Assembly: GCA_963733055.1 (NCBI GenBank)
Contig: CAVTBR010000001.1
Span: 1,024,001-1,088,000, forward strand
Direction: 5' to 3'
DNA from: Candidatus Bathyarchaeota archaeon
GTDB lineage: Archaea; Thermoproteota; Bathyarchaeia; 40CM-2-53-6
DNA length: 64,000 nucleotides
Part shown: in pieces, positions 1 to 8,789 of the stretch
How positions within the stretch are numbered: the stretch's first letter is position 1
Layout of the letters: each line of letters begins with the position of its first letter
Program-made: the position numbers and the translations under genes
Notes under the pieces: generated by a model
Databases searched by the model: none
Told to the model about the DNA's origin: nothing
The model's input: the letters and a program-made list of their open reading frames with translations, nothing else

Positions 1-318
1 GTGCTCAATAATTCGTTGGCAGGAGAAACCAACCACTTAACGTTGGGTACGTTTGCTGGAAACGCGACCGGTTGCATGGTTGATGGCAAAGGTGTGCCTT
101 GCACCACCACCGGTTCGTGCGCCGCAGACATGTCCGCATGCAACGTGACTTCAACCGGTTCGTTCACGGTGAATGTTCCCGGTGTCTACAGATTCTTCTG
201 CATTTACCACCAAGCGCTTGGAATGTTCGGTTTCCTTATAGTACTGCCCAATCGCGGATACGTCTCTCCGACAAACTCAACCTCAACCGGGAACTCAACC
301 GCGACAGCAACCACGTGA
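1..318 (+). CDS. Cupredoxin (type-1 blue copper) protein, 5'-truncated by window edge
   Basis: C-terminal PGVYRFFCIYHQALGMFG is a C-x2-H-x4-M copper loop; paralog of 4161..4946. Confidence 0.8.
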   Translation: MLNNSLAGETNHLTLGTFAGNATGCMVDGKGVPCTTTGSCAADMSACNVTSTGSFTVNVPGVYRFFCIYHQALGMFGFLIVLPNRGYVSPTNSTSTGNSTATATT

Positions 319-389
319 TTTCACTTATCCCGGTGTAAGCTCTAGAACGCTTTAGAGTCCAAGACGTAATCCATATTCTCCACCTACGG

Positions 390-1838
390 GTGGGTGAGAG
401 AATGAAAAAGTCGACAACGCTTTCAATATTGGTGATAATACTCATCGCGTTGGGCGGAGTTCTACTCCAAATCATTGTATTTGAACAACCGCAGCCATGT
501 AGTGGCTCTGCGACTGCTTCGACATTAGACAGTTCTCAGTTGAGTTATGTTCAGTTTGGTGCGGTTCGAAAGTATAAGCTTCCCAGCTCAAGGGCACCAA
601 ACGCAATTACGCTGGCCCCGGACGGCTCCGTTTGGTTCGGGGAACAAGCCCTTCCTGGCATCGCCCATCTATACCCGAACGGGACGCTGTTGGAATACAG
701 ATGGCCCTTCCAATACAACAGCCCTGGTCTACCCGGCCTTACCTTCACGTGGGGCATAGCCCTTTGGAAGGGATGCGTATGGGCGTCCGATCAAGCTGGT
801 AGCCAACTGGTTGCGGTTGATCCGGCCACCGGAAGTACCAAGACGATTAAGCTGGCCACCGGTTCCTTCCCCTACACTCTAACCGTCGGCCCGGATGATT
901 CGCTGTGGTTCACGGAAGTGTTCGCATCGAAGATTGGTCGTGTTGATAATCATTTTCGCTTGCACGAATATTCACTCCCGGTTCTCGGAACGCCCGCCCA
1001 GATTGAATTTGCGAACAGAACGTTCGGATATTACGTTGACACCGGGAACGTTGGCTTGGTCGAACCCGCTATTTACTCCTTCAACCCCAACAATTTCGCC
1101 CCAGTTCAAATTTATGCTACCGGATTCAAGTTGGTTGCGCCGACGAGCTTGGCACCAGTTGAGAATGGTTTGTGGGTTGCTCAACATGCGTCCTCTAACC
1201 TAGCCTACTACGACTTCAAAACCCAGGCTTGGTCTCAGTTTCCTACGTCACCCGTCAGCTACGTTCAGACCAATTTACAATATTTTGTTGCCGCGAATGA
1301 ATCGCGGGTGTGGTTTAACGAGCATTACGCGAACCGCATTGGATTTGTTAACACGGACACGGGGTTGCTGACCGAGTACAGCCTCTCCAACCCTCCCGCG
1401 AACAAAACAACTGAAATTGATAATGCATTAACCTTCGCTCTCGGTAGGGATAAGGTGTGGTTTACGGAGCTCACAGCCAATTATGTGGGATACGTAGACG
1501 CATCCTATCACCCATCCTTCTCCCTCCAATCACCAACCAACGCAACTCTTCGGCTCGCGTTGGGCGGCAAGACAAGTGTGAAGTTAATCCTCGAAGGAAC
1601 TAGTGAGAAACCCCTGAAATTCTTTTCAAGTGATTCTGAAACCTTAACATCAAGACCACAACGGATCACACTTAATTTGACCGAACCCGAACTTGGCAGC
1701 CTGAACGGCCAGGCAACATTAACGCTTAGCGTAGGTACGAGCACAATTACTGTTCCTGGAGACTACACGTTGCTAATCAGCGTCACGGACGGAATAATTA
1801 CGCGAGGAATTTATCTGAGCTTGTACGTTTCACATTAA
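390..1838 (+). CDS. Membrane-anchored Vgb (virginiamycin B lyase)-like beta-propeller with C-terminal Ig-like domain
   Basis: N-terminal TM helix; repeated GPDDSLWFTE / VWFNE / VWFTE..ANYVG blades. Confidence 0.75.
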   Translation: MGERMKKSTTLSILVIILIALGGVLLQIIVFEQPQPCSGSATASTLDSSQLSYVQFGAVRKYKLPSSRAPNAITLAPDGSVWFGEQALPGIAHLYPNGTLLEYRWPFQYNSPGLPGLTFTWGIALWKGCVWASDQAGSQLVAVDPATGSTKTIKLATGSFPYTLTVGPDDSLWFTEVFASKIGRVDNHFRLHEYSLPVLGTPAQIEFANRTFGYYVDTGNVGLVEPAIYSFNPNNFAPVQIYATGFKLVAPTSLAPVENGLWVAQHASSNLAYYDFKTQAWSQFPTSPVSYVQTNLQYFVAANESRVWFNEHYANRIGFVNTDTGLLTEYSLSNPPANKTTEIDNALTFALGRDKVWFTELTANYVGYVDASYHPSFSLQSPTNATLRLALGGKTSVKLILEGTSEKPLKFFSSDSETLTSRPQRITLNLTEPELGSLNGQATLTLSVGTSTITVPGDYTLLISVTDGIITRGIYLSLYVSH

Positions 1839-1903
1839 GAATCTCAGAGACCGTGATGGATACCCAACTGCGGTAGAAAGAATGGGCCTCGATATCTATT
1901 CGT

Positions 1904-2812
1904 TCAGACTAGGTGCGCTACCACGACGATTAGCAATATTACGAATAGGTAGGAGATTGACATTTTGAACACCCGCCACGCATTCGTCGGTGCGGGGTTC
2001 TTGATCAGTCTAATGTTTGCCAAGAGAAAGCGTGCATTGAAAGCGATCAGGGCAGTTCCCGTGATGAGTAGCGCCACGTAGTTCGATCTTGAGGCCGTTA
2101 GAGCGAAGAGTCCGACAGTGAACGGGAACAACGCGAAGTTTGAGAGAGCAGTGTACATAGCACTTTTGTGCGCGCCATCAACGACGGGTAACATGGGGAT
2201 TTGAATTGAAGCGTATTCATCCGACTTAGCCATGGCTAAACCCCAGAAATGACCCGGCGTCCAGAGAAAGATTAACAAGGCAACGAGAAAAGCGATGAGA
2301 CTTATTGACCCCGTCACTGCAGCCCATCCGGCTAGGGCGGAAAATGAACCAGCTGCACCACCAATCACAATGTTCCATTTCGTCCTTGGCTTCAACCACA
2401 ATGTGTAGACCAAAACATACCAGAACACCCCTATTCCGATGAACGCTGCGGTTAGCTCATTCAAGAACGTGGCTAGTCCCACTCCTAAAACTGAGAAACC
2501 TAAGCCAAGAGCCAGGGCGCCATTGGCGGAGATGCGACCCGAAGGTATTGCACGGTTTTGAGTTCGGTGCATACGAGAATCAGTGCGTCTTTCCAGAAAA
2601 CAATTTAGCGCTCCAGCACCGCCAGCAGCAAGGAAACCTGCGGCAACTAGCAACACCATCGAATAGGTATTCAGGTAGTAAAGTCCGACCGCGAGGAACA
2701 TCGTTGCAACGCCGACGAACACGTTCAGAGAAGCGATTGCGGGTTTTGTTATGCTGAGATAGTCCCCGATCATCTGCTTAGATGGAAAACTACCGGGACC
2801 AAACGATTTCAT
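1904..2812 (-). CDS. ctaB: Protoheme IX farnesyltransferase (heme O synthase)
   Basis: TKP, LNCFLERRTDSRMHRTQNRAIPSG, YTLWLKPRT, WTPGHFWGLA, IPMLP motifs. Confidence 0.93.
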   Translation of the reverse strand: MKSFGPGSFPSKQMIGDYLSITKPAIASLNVFVGVATMFLAVGLYYLNTYSMVLLVAAGFLAAGGAGALNCFLERRTDSRMHRTQNRAIPSGRISANGALALGLGFSVLGVGLATFLNELTAAFIGIGVFWYVLVYTLWLKPRTKWNIVIGGAAGSFSALAGWAAVTGSISLIAFLVALLIFLWTPGHFWGLAMAKSDEYASIQIPMLPVVDGAHKSAMYTALSNFALFPFTVGLFALTASRSNYVALLITGTALIAFNARFLLANIRLIKNPAPTNAWRVFKMSISYLFVILLIVVVAHLV

Positions 2813-2911
2813 ATAATCACGTTAACCTATCAGAGCTTTAGACGTATCTGAACTCGATTTAAGCCTTCTCTGAAATACTTTTCTACTTAAACCACGTACT
2901 CCTATCTCTGT

Positions 2912-3343
2912 GTGCATGCCTTGGCGCCATCACGTACAATTGGTAGTTTATTCGTCCTCTCGGGAATATTAGGAATCGTCATACTAGTATTGGATAGCGT
3001 GCTCCGATCCGGTGCGCCTCAGCACTATGATGCTCTAATTGGTTTTGTGATCATCGACTTTCTCATCGGGGCTCTCTGTTTCCCAATGCCACAGAAACTG
3101 ATGCTCAAAGTAGCCGCAATCTGGGGTACTCTACGAATTATAATCCAACTTGGCGACGTGATGTTGGGTCCCATGTTTCAATTTACCAATGCACAATTCG
3201 CAGATTATTTGTTCAACCCGATGAGTTCGTTGCCCGCGAGCCTTGGGAACCCACCCGGGATTCCGCCAGTTCCGATCGATCTAATACTCATCTGCGACCT
3301 CGCAATACTACTGACAGTTGCGAGAGCTAGTATGAAGAAGTAA
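2912..3343 (+). CDS. Uncharacterised multi-TM membrane protein, homologous to the N-terminal domain of 42520..43591
   Basis: About four hydrophobic helices; shared D..LR..P.H, VAAxW, LGDVxL, YLF and GNP motifs. Confidence 0.75.
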   Translation: MHALAPSRTIGSLFVLSGILGIVILVLDSVLRSGAPQHYDALIGFVIIDFLIGALCFPMPQKLMLKVAAIWGTLRIIIQLGDVMLGPMFQFTNAQFADYLFNPMSSLPASLGNPPGIPPVPIDLILICDLAILLTVARASMKK

Positions 3344-3391
3344 CCTAAACTTCGAACTACCCTACAAACCTGTCTAATTTGCGTGTAAAGA

Positions 3392-4090
3392 TTGGATGAT
3401 TTAACTGCCGGTTTATTTACAGTCGAACTCGTTCTTCTGATTGCAACGTTGTCACTACTCATCCAAGCCAGGGGCGAGTCCAAGGGTCGGAGGAATTTAC
3501 TTGAACAAATGTCCCACACCGCACGCATTGTTTCCAGACAGGAATACTTCAACGCCGTACACTTCGTGATGCAGAGCGCAACGAGTTCAGTAAAAGGCTC
3601 AATCACAGGCTCAGCCCCTGCAACCCCTGAGCAGAAGGATCAGGTTCAGGCGATCACAGACCGGATTCTAATGGCTAAGAAGCGAGGTGTTCACATTCAA
3701 TACATCGTCCCGAAATCGTCTGACCGGGTTGTTGTCGCAAACAGATACCGTGAGGCAGGAGCTGAAATCCGGTTCCATGCAGGCATAATCGTCAGCGACT
3801 TGAGGTATACGATAATCGACAACAACTTCACAGTGCTGGGATTGCCAAGCAGCGCTGGGGAGAATCAGCCTACAAGGGAGGGGTATGTAATTCCATCGGG
3901 CGCTTTAGCGGAGATATTCTCACGCCAATTTCAAACCTCATGGCAAGAATCCACACCCTACGACCAATACCTGAAGGAAATAATATCGGAGACAAAGAAC
4001 CACAACCCAAACGTCACCACGCATCTCCTATCCTCTCAACTACAAATCCCCGAATCCGAAGTCGTCCGAATCGATGCTAGCAATACCTGA
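3392..4090 (+). CDS. TM-anchored protein with PLD-fold / TrmB effector-like domain
   Basis: N-terminal TM; AKKRGVHIQYIV and RYTIIDNN segments typical of the PLD/TrmB fold; no HxK. Confidence 0.6.
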   Translation: MDDLTAGLFTVELVLLIATLSLLIQARGESKGRRNLLEQMSHTARIVSRQEYFNAVHFVMQSATSSVKGSITGSAPATPEQKDQVQAITDRILMAKKRGVHIQYIVPKSSDRVVVANRYREAGAEIRFHAGIIVSDLRYTIIDNNFTVLGLPSSAGENQPTREGYVIPSGALAEIFSRQFQTSWQESTPYDQYLKEIISETKNHNPNVTTHLLSSQLQIPESEVVRIDASNT

Positions 4091-4160
4091 TGCAGTTCGG
4101 TGAACACTGGAACATAATGAAAGAAATCGAAATCACTGTTATGACAATTGTTATATTCTT

Positions 4161-4946
4161 TTGAAGCAGAATCAGCAGTGGTCGAAATTTTTGAGTGAAG
4201 GTACGCGTGCGGCCCAAGGTGCTCTGGCTGTTGCGATTATTGCGCTCATAGTTGCGTTGGTTGCTCTTGCTTTCCCATTCCTAGGTTCACCCAGCGTATC
4301 GCAACAAGTGATCGCACCTAGTTCGATACCGGGCGTAGATCAAAGGCCGACGACACGCCTGATAACGATGGAGTGGGAAGCAACCCTTCCTTCGCTACAG
4401 GATAGGTGGTTCCCGCAAGACATCATAGTGAATCAGGGCGATACGGTCGTTCTCACATTGATCGTAAACGACACCGACGGCGCCCACACATTCAATATAC
4501 TCGCTCCCACCGGACCGGGAGGCGCTCCCCAACTAACCCAGATCAACATGTCAATGCCCGGACAGTGGATGTACCACCCACCTGCCGAGGCGGGTCCACA
4601 AAACGGAATAGAGGTCGCGGGTGCACCGGTTGGCTGCGTACTTATGGGACAGAACGTGACTTGCAACTCAACCACGGATCTAACCGCGGGTTCATGCTCT
4701 TCAAGTGGATGTACAATAGCGGGAGGGTGCTCAATAAACGGAGGGCCCCTGGGACCTTGCACCGGTTCTTGGATGCTCCAGAAAAATCAGACTGAGACCG
4801 CCGAAATACAAACCACCGTCACCCTCGGCCCATTCACCACACCTGGAATCTACAGATTCTTCTGCACCTACCACCAAGAGATAGGCATGGTTGGATTCTT
4901 CATCGTCCAACCAAACAAGGCCTACGTACCCCCAACCTCAACCTGA
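4161..4946 (+). CDS. Membrane-anchored cupredoxin with Cys-rich insert
   Basis: TM anchor; IIVNQGDTVVL..N....HTF; PGIYRFFCTYHQEIGMVG copper loop. Confidence 0.85.
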   Translation: MKQNQQWSKFLSEGTRAAQGALAVAIIALIVALVALAFPFLGSPSVSQQVIAPSSIPGVDQRPTTRLITMEWEATLPSLQDRWFPQDIIVNQGDTVVLTLIVNDTDGAHTFNILAPTGPGGAPQLTQINMSMPGQWMYHPPAEAGPQNGIEVAGAPVGCVLMGQNVTCNSTTDLTAGSCSSSGCTIAGGCSINGGPLGPCTGSWMLQKNQTETAEIQTTVTLGPFTTPGIYRFFCTYHQEIGMVGFFIVQPNKAYVPPTST

Positions 4947-5066
4947 ACTTGATAAGATGACTAGGTAACGATACCAATCTACTGGGCGTTTTCCTTTGCG
5001 CCGCAGTTTGTGCAGAAGATTGAGTTTACTTCCATTTTGGTCCGCACTTCCCGCAGAATTTGTCTC

Positions 5067-5786
5067 TCACACTACTCTTGCTCGCTTGCGCCCGGCATAG
5101 AAAAGCAGTGCAAAGACTGCGAACGCTACGAGAACAAGCGCAGCGGCGGGGAAAAGTTGACTAGCATAGTCTGGAGTCGTTGGTGTGCTGAAAGTGTTCT
5201 GACTCGTTTGCAATACTTGTGTTTGATTTCCTTGGGTGCTCGCGCTCGTTAGTTGGGGTGAGTAGGAGGCTACGGATGAGATGTTCGGCATCTGCGTAGT
5301 CGTCGAATTTGTTTGGATAGTTATCGCTGGGGGTGTGTAAGGGGTTACGTTGAGCTGGAATAATTGTGACGAGGAGGCGGCAGTCGCGCCGTTCACTCCA
5401 TTTATGACATATGCTTGAACCTGCAATCCCCAGCTTCCAGGGGAGTTTCGTGCCGTTGTTTGGCTGACTACTGGAACTATGAAACTCGAAGAAGATGGGT
5501 AGTAGGGCGTGGACGAAGTTGTGAGGATCTTGGTGGAAGTTGCGTCCACCAGATCAACCCTAACGACGGGCAAAACGCTTGGATCACAAGATATGGTCAG
5601 GGTTGTTGTTATCTGGAAGGGTTGGCCCGCTTGAACTAGGTCCGGAAGAGTCAGTTTGAGGTTAACAATCCTGCAGGGTATGAATTGCGCGAGAGATAGC
5701 TGGGAACTCAGGCCTAGAATGGTGATCGCAATGATGAGATTGACTAGTAGCGTTTTTCGTTTCAGGCCCAGCAACCTGCATCGCAC
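5067..5786 (-). CDS. Secreted/surface protein with S/T/Q-rich linker and C-terminal TM anchor
   Basis: Signal peptide, beta-rich domain, TM followed by RKRAR. Confidence 0.7.
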   Translation of the reverse strand: MRCRLLGLKRKTLLVNLIIAITILGLSSQLSLAQFIPCRIVNLKLTLPDLVQAGQPFQITTTLTISCDPSVLPVVRVDLVDATSTKILTTSSTPYYPSSSSFIVPVVSQTTARNSPGSWGLQVQAYVINGVNGATAASSSQLFQLNVTPYTPPAITIQTNSTTTQMPNISSVASYSPQLTSASTQGNQTQVLQTSQNTFSTPTTPDYASQLFPAAALVLVAFAVFALLFYAGRKRARVV

Positions 5787-5941
5787 TCGGTTTGTTCATC
5801 CGCTGATTTAACCCACTCCCTCATGAGGTCGTTAATCCCCCTACGCAGCGTTCACAGCACAGGTTAGCGTTGTTCTCGTGCACTCCACTCTTTCCACTAA
5901 TTAATAAAAGCCGCAAGGTCCAGCGTTTTGCGGCGATAATC

Positions 5942-6232
5942 ATGGCTACAAAAAGTCCCCGACGCTCAAGGAAAATGTCGAGGGCGACTATATTGCGTAT
6001 TCAGCATCAGATACAGCGCAACAGGGGTGCGTTGACGAGGTTCGGATATTGTTTGCATTGCCTAGAGCGCACACGACACGCGGCCATAAACCAGGCCGCT
6101 CAGCTAGAAGGCGCAACAAGGACAGCAAGGCGCCTCATCCTGTTGGAGACTTGGAATAGGAAACGGCACCCGTCGGCGGCGCGGATTGCACACGCGGACC
6201 ACAACTACATAAAGGACCACTACCTGAAGTAG
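5942..6232 (+). CDS. Small basic protein resembling DUF5771
   Basis: GALTRFGY..RHAAI..A...G...RRL..L......P....I...D..YIK pattern; ATG at 5942 preferred. Confidence 0.6.
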   Translation: MATKSPRRSRKMSRATILRIQHQIQRNRGALTRFGYCLHCLERTRHAAINQAAQLEGATRTARRLILLETWNRKRHPSAARIAHADHNYIKDHYLK

Positions 6233-6247
6233 CCTAGTGAATCGGTT

Positions 6248-6634
6248 TTGGTCGCAAAGAAAGAGATGCGCTTTCAAGGAAAGAACAAGGATCTAAACGA
6301 CCTCGCTAAGCAGATTTCCGACTCCTTGCAAAGTGACGGGTATAAGATGCAATCAACAACTGGACCATCGGGACCAGTTATTCAAGCACAGAAAGCTGGA
6401 ATCCTCAGAGACATAATCACCGCCGACAGATGTTTCACCATCACCCTATCAGGCGTGCCCAACGATTTCACAATCACGATCGGAATAGGCAAATGGATTC
6501 AGAACATCGCTGTCGCAGCAGTGGAAGCGCTTGTGTTGTCAGTGCTGTTCTTGGCCGTTGACGTACCCGAAATGCTATGGACTACGCACGTGGAAAACAA
6601 TATTGCAAAGAAAATCACGCAACTAGTAGGCTAA
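6248..6634 (+). CDS. Hypothetical protein
   Basis: Protein-like composition; 15 nt downstream of the previous gene. Confidence 0.7.
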   Translation: MVAKKEMRFQGKNKDLNDLAKQISDSLQSDGYKMQSTTGPSGPVIQAQKAGILRDIITADRCFTITLSGVPNDFTITIGIGKWIQNIAVAAVEALVLSVLFLAVDVPEMLWTTHVENNIAKKITQLVG

Positions 6635-7132
6635 CCCGAAACAAGACTACGTGCTCTCTTACGTTCGCTCATTTCTGTCCATTTCGAAGCTAACTCGTCT
6701 CTCCGCGGGCGATAGACTTCGCCGAAGAATTGGCTCTGGGACGAGAGAACTTCATTCGGATATTGGCGGACGATGGTTAGAGATTCCTTCCAAGCGCGTG
6801 AAAACGCTTTTCCGAACCTGCTTTCGATCTGGCGTTTGAAATCGACTTCAGTCTGCGGTTTTCCGCCGATCTCGAAATAAACCCTGTTTCCCTTTCTCGT
6901 AGTGTAACCCATCTCATTTCCCAAGAAGGCCTCGCCCCTTTTCGCAGGTAACCTTCCTTCCGAGCTGTTTACCCTTAGGGCGTTGGGTGGCGTGTTTGAA
7001 TCCTCGTTTGGCGGCGGCGTAGAATATTGCCCTATTGAGCCCCCAGCTCTTCGCTCTAGTCTCGGAGAATCCGAGTTCCCTAGCTCTCGCCGCTTGGAGA
7101 ATCGCCATAACCTGAAAGCGGCCAACCTTCAT
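6631..7132 (-). CDS. Conserved hypothetical protein (GRFQVMA..QAARA..SWGLNRAIFYAAAKRG family), one frameshift near 6946
   Basis: N-terminal part in ORF 6914..7132, C-terminal part in the frame of 6631..7125; removing A6946 joins them. Confidence 0.7.
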
Positions 7133-7178
7133 GAATGCTCACTTTCTACTTGAGAGTCATTCAGCTAGATACTACGTG

Positions 7179-8105
7179 TCACAGTTTCAGCACCCATGTT
7201 TCTCCTACCAAGTCGTGTCCGAAGCTGTGGTGCTTTTCTGTGCGAACGAGCTGGTAGCCAGCCTTTTCGTAAATGTGCCGAGCCGCGTGGAGGACGTCGT
7301 TAGTCCAGAGTATTATGCTCCAATAGCCAGCGGCCTTGGCGAAAGGTGTGCATTCATCTACAAGTCGGCTGCCGATCCCTAAACCTCGCGCCTTCGGTTC
7401 CACTAACAAGAGTCGTAGTTGGGCTATGGTAACGGATTTCTTTACGAGAAATACACAGCCTACGATTTCATGGTCCTTCTCGGCTATCCAGCATCGTTCT
7501 CGCTTTGGATCCAGGTGTTCAACAAATTCGGCTACGATGCTCGCGACGAGTCCTTCGAAATGTTCATCCCAACCGTATTCTTCGAAATACAACGCTCCGT
7601 GTCGATGCACTATCCAGCCCAGATCGCCTGCATGAAGAGCCCGTAGTACGTATGATGATTCGGTACTATGCTCACCTTCGAGAACGGACTCTACAGTCCG
7701 CATCGCGGCGAAGAGGCGTTCTCGCTCGTTCACCGTCAGCGGGTTTAGAATCGCTGTTGCCTTTTCTTCTGCTCGCGCGTTGAGTGTTACGAATGTTTTG
7801 TGGCCTTGCTTGGTGAGTCGCAGGATAGTCTGGCGGCCATCAGTTTTTGAAGGCTTGCTCTCGATAAGTCCCTCTTCCGCGAAGGTGCTGATGATACGAC
7901 TCAGGTAACCCGCATCAAGCCCCAACTCTTTGCCAATCTCAGTCGCAGTAGCCTTTCGCCGGTGAGCGAGTTCGTATAGTACACGCACTTTACTTAGCGA
8001 GAACCGGGTACCCAGGTAATCCTCATCTAACACTCCGATCTTTTGCGTAAAAAACCGGTTAAACTGACGAAACGTTGAAGCATTCGGGTCGAACGTGTTA
8101 TTCAT
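7179..8105 (-). CDS. Bifunctional MarR-HTH / GNAT acetyltransferase
   Basis: LGLDAGYLSRI HTH; LRLLLVEPKARGLGIGSRLV acetyl-CoA motif; ATG at 8105 overlaps upstream stop. Confidence 0.9.
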   Translation of the reverse strand: MNNTFDPNASTFRQFNRFFTQKIGVLDEDYLGTRFSLSKVRVLYELAHRRKATATEIGKELGLDAGYLSRIISTFAEEGLIESKPSKTDGRQTILRLTKQGHKTFVTLNARAEEKATAILNPLTVNERERLFAAMRTVESVLEGEHSTESSYVLRALHAGDLGWIVHRHGALYFEEYGWDEHFEGLVASIVAEFVEHLDPKRERCWIAEKDHEIVGCVFLVKKSVTIAQLRLLLVEPKARGLGIGSRLVDECTPFAKAAGYWSIILWTNDVLHAARHIYEKAGYQLVRTEKHHSFGHDLVGETWVLKL

Positions 8106-8550
8106 TGCTGGCACCCGGCCTAATGCAGTAGACCGTTTGCGATCCCCACGCACAGGACGCCCACTTTCCCTTCTCGTTCATATGAGCCTCAAGCTCACAA
8201 ATCGCTAACCTTCTTCCCAACTTCCGGACTTTTCCGACGGCATGTATCTTGTCCCCTACTGCCGGTCTGGTGAAATTGATCTTGAATTCAACTGCGAGAA
8301 CTCTAGAGCCACGCGGTAGCAAAGATAGAACCGCATAGCCCCCAGCGCTATCAAGCATCGTCGCTAGAACCCCGGCATGCACGAAACCATCTTGCTGGCT
8401 GAGGTCGGGTCTATTTTGAGCAGAAATCTCAACTACGCCTCTATTCAGTCTCGTAATACGAGCTCCAAGCCTCTTCATGATCCCTTGAGATTGAAAACTG
8501 AGCCTGATGTGAGAGAGGCCTCGATTTGACCGTCTAGCCAAAGCGCGCAT
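8098..8550 (-). CDS. PaaI family thioesterase
   Basis: QQDGFVHAGVLATMLDSAGG and EFKINFTRPA hotdog-fold motifs. Confidence 0.88.
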   Translation of the reverse strand: MRALARRSNRGLSHIRLSFQSQGIMKRLGARITRLNRGVVEISAQNRPDLSQQDGFVHAGVLATMLDSAGGYAVLSLLPRGSRVLAVEFKINFTRPAVGDKIHAVGKVRKLGRRLAICELEAHMNEKGKWASCAWGSQTVYCIRPGASNE

Positions 8551-8558
8551 AAAGATGA

Positions 8559-8593
8559 TTGCCTTAGTCAATTATTTAAGTTGACTTAGTCAA
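8559..8593. promoter_or_regulatory. Two copies of palindrome TTG(A/C)CTTAGTCAA, candidate MarR-GNAT operator
   Basis: 8559-8571 TTGCCTTAGTCAA and 8581-8593 TTGACTTAGTCAA, directly upstream of the paaI/marR-GNAT operon. Confidence 0.65.
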
Positions 8594-8789
8594 GTATATG
8601 CTTTCTCTTGAGAGGTAATAGTTGCGCATCGTCCCTTTGCCTATTCGACTATTGCTAGAGGGCGATAATCGTGCGAGTGAAAAATGCGGCGGCTTGACGA
8701 ATGTTCTACTATCTCGGTACGTTTTCCACTTCGTGTACTTACCCTTAATTAATAATCGGCTTCCTTAGGGGCGGAGGTAGAAACGGATT

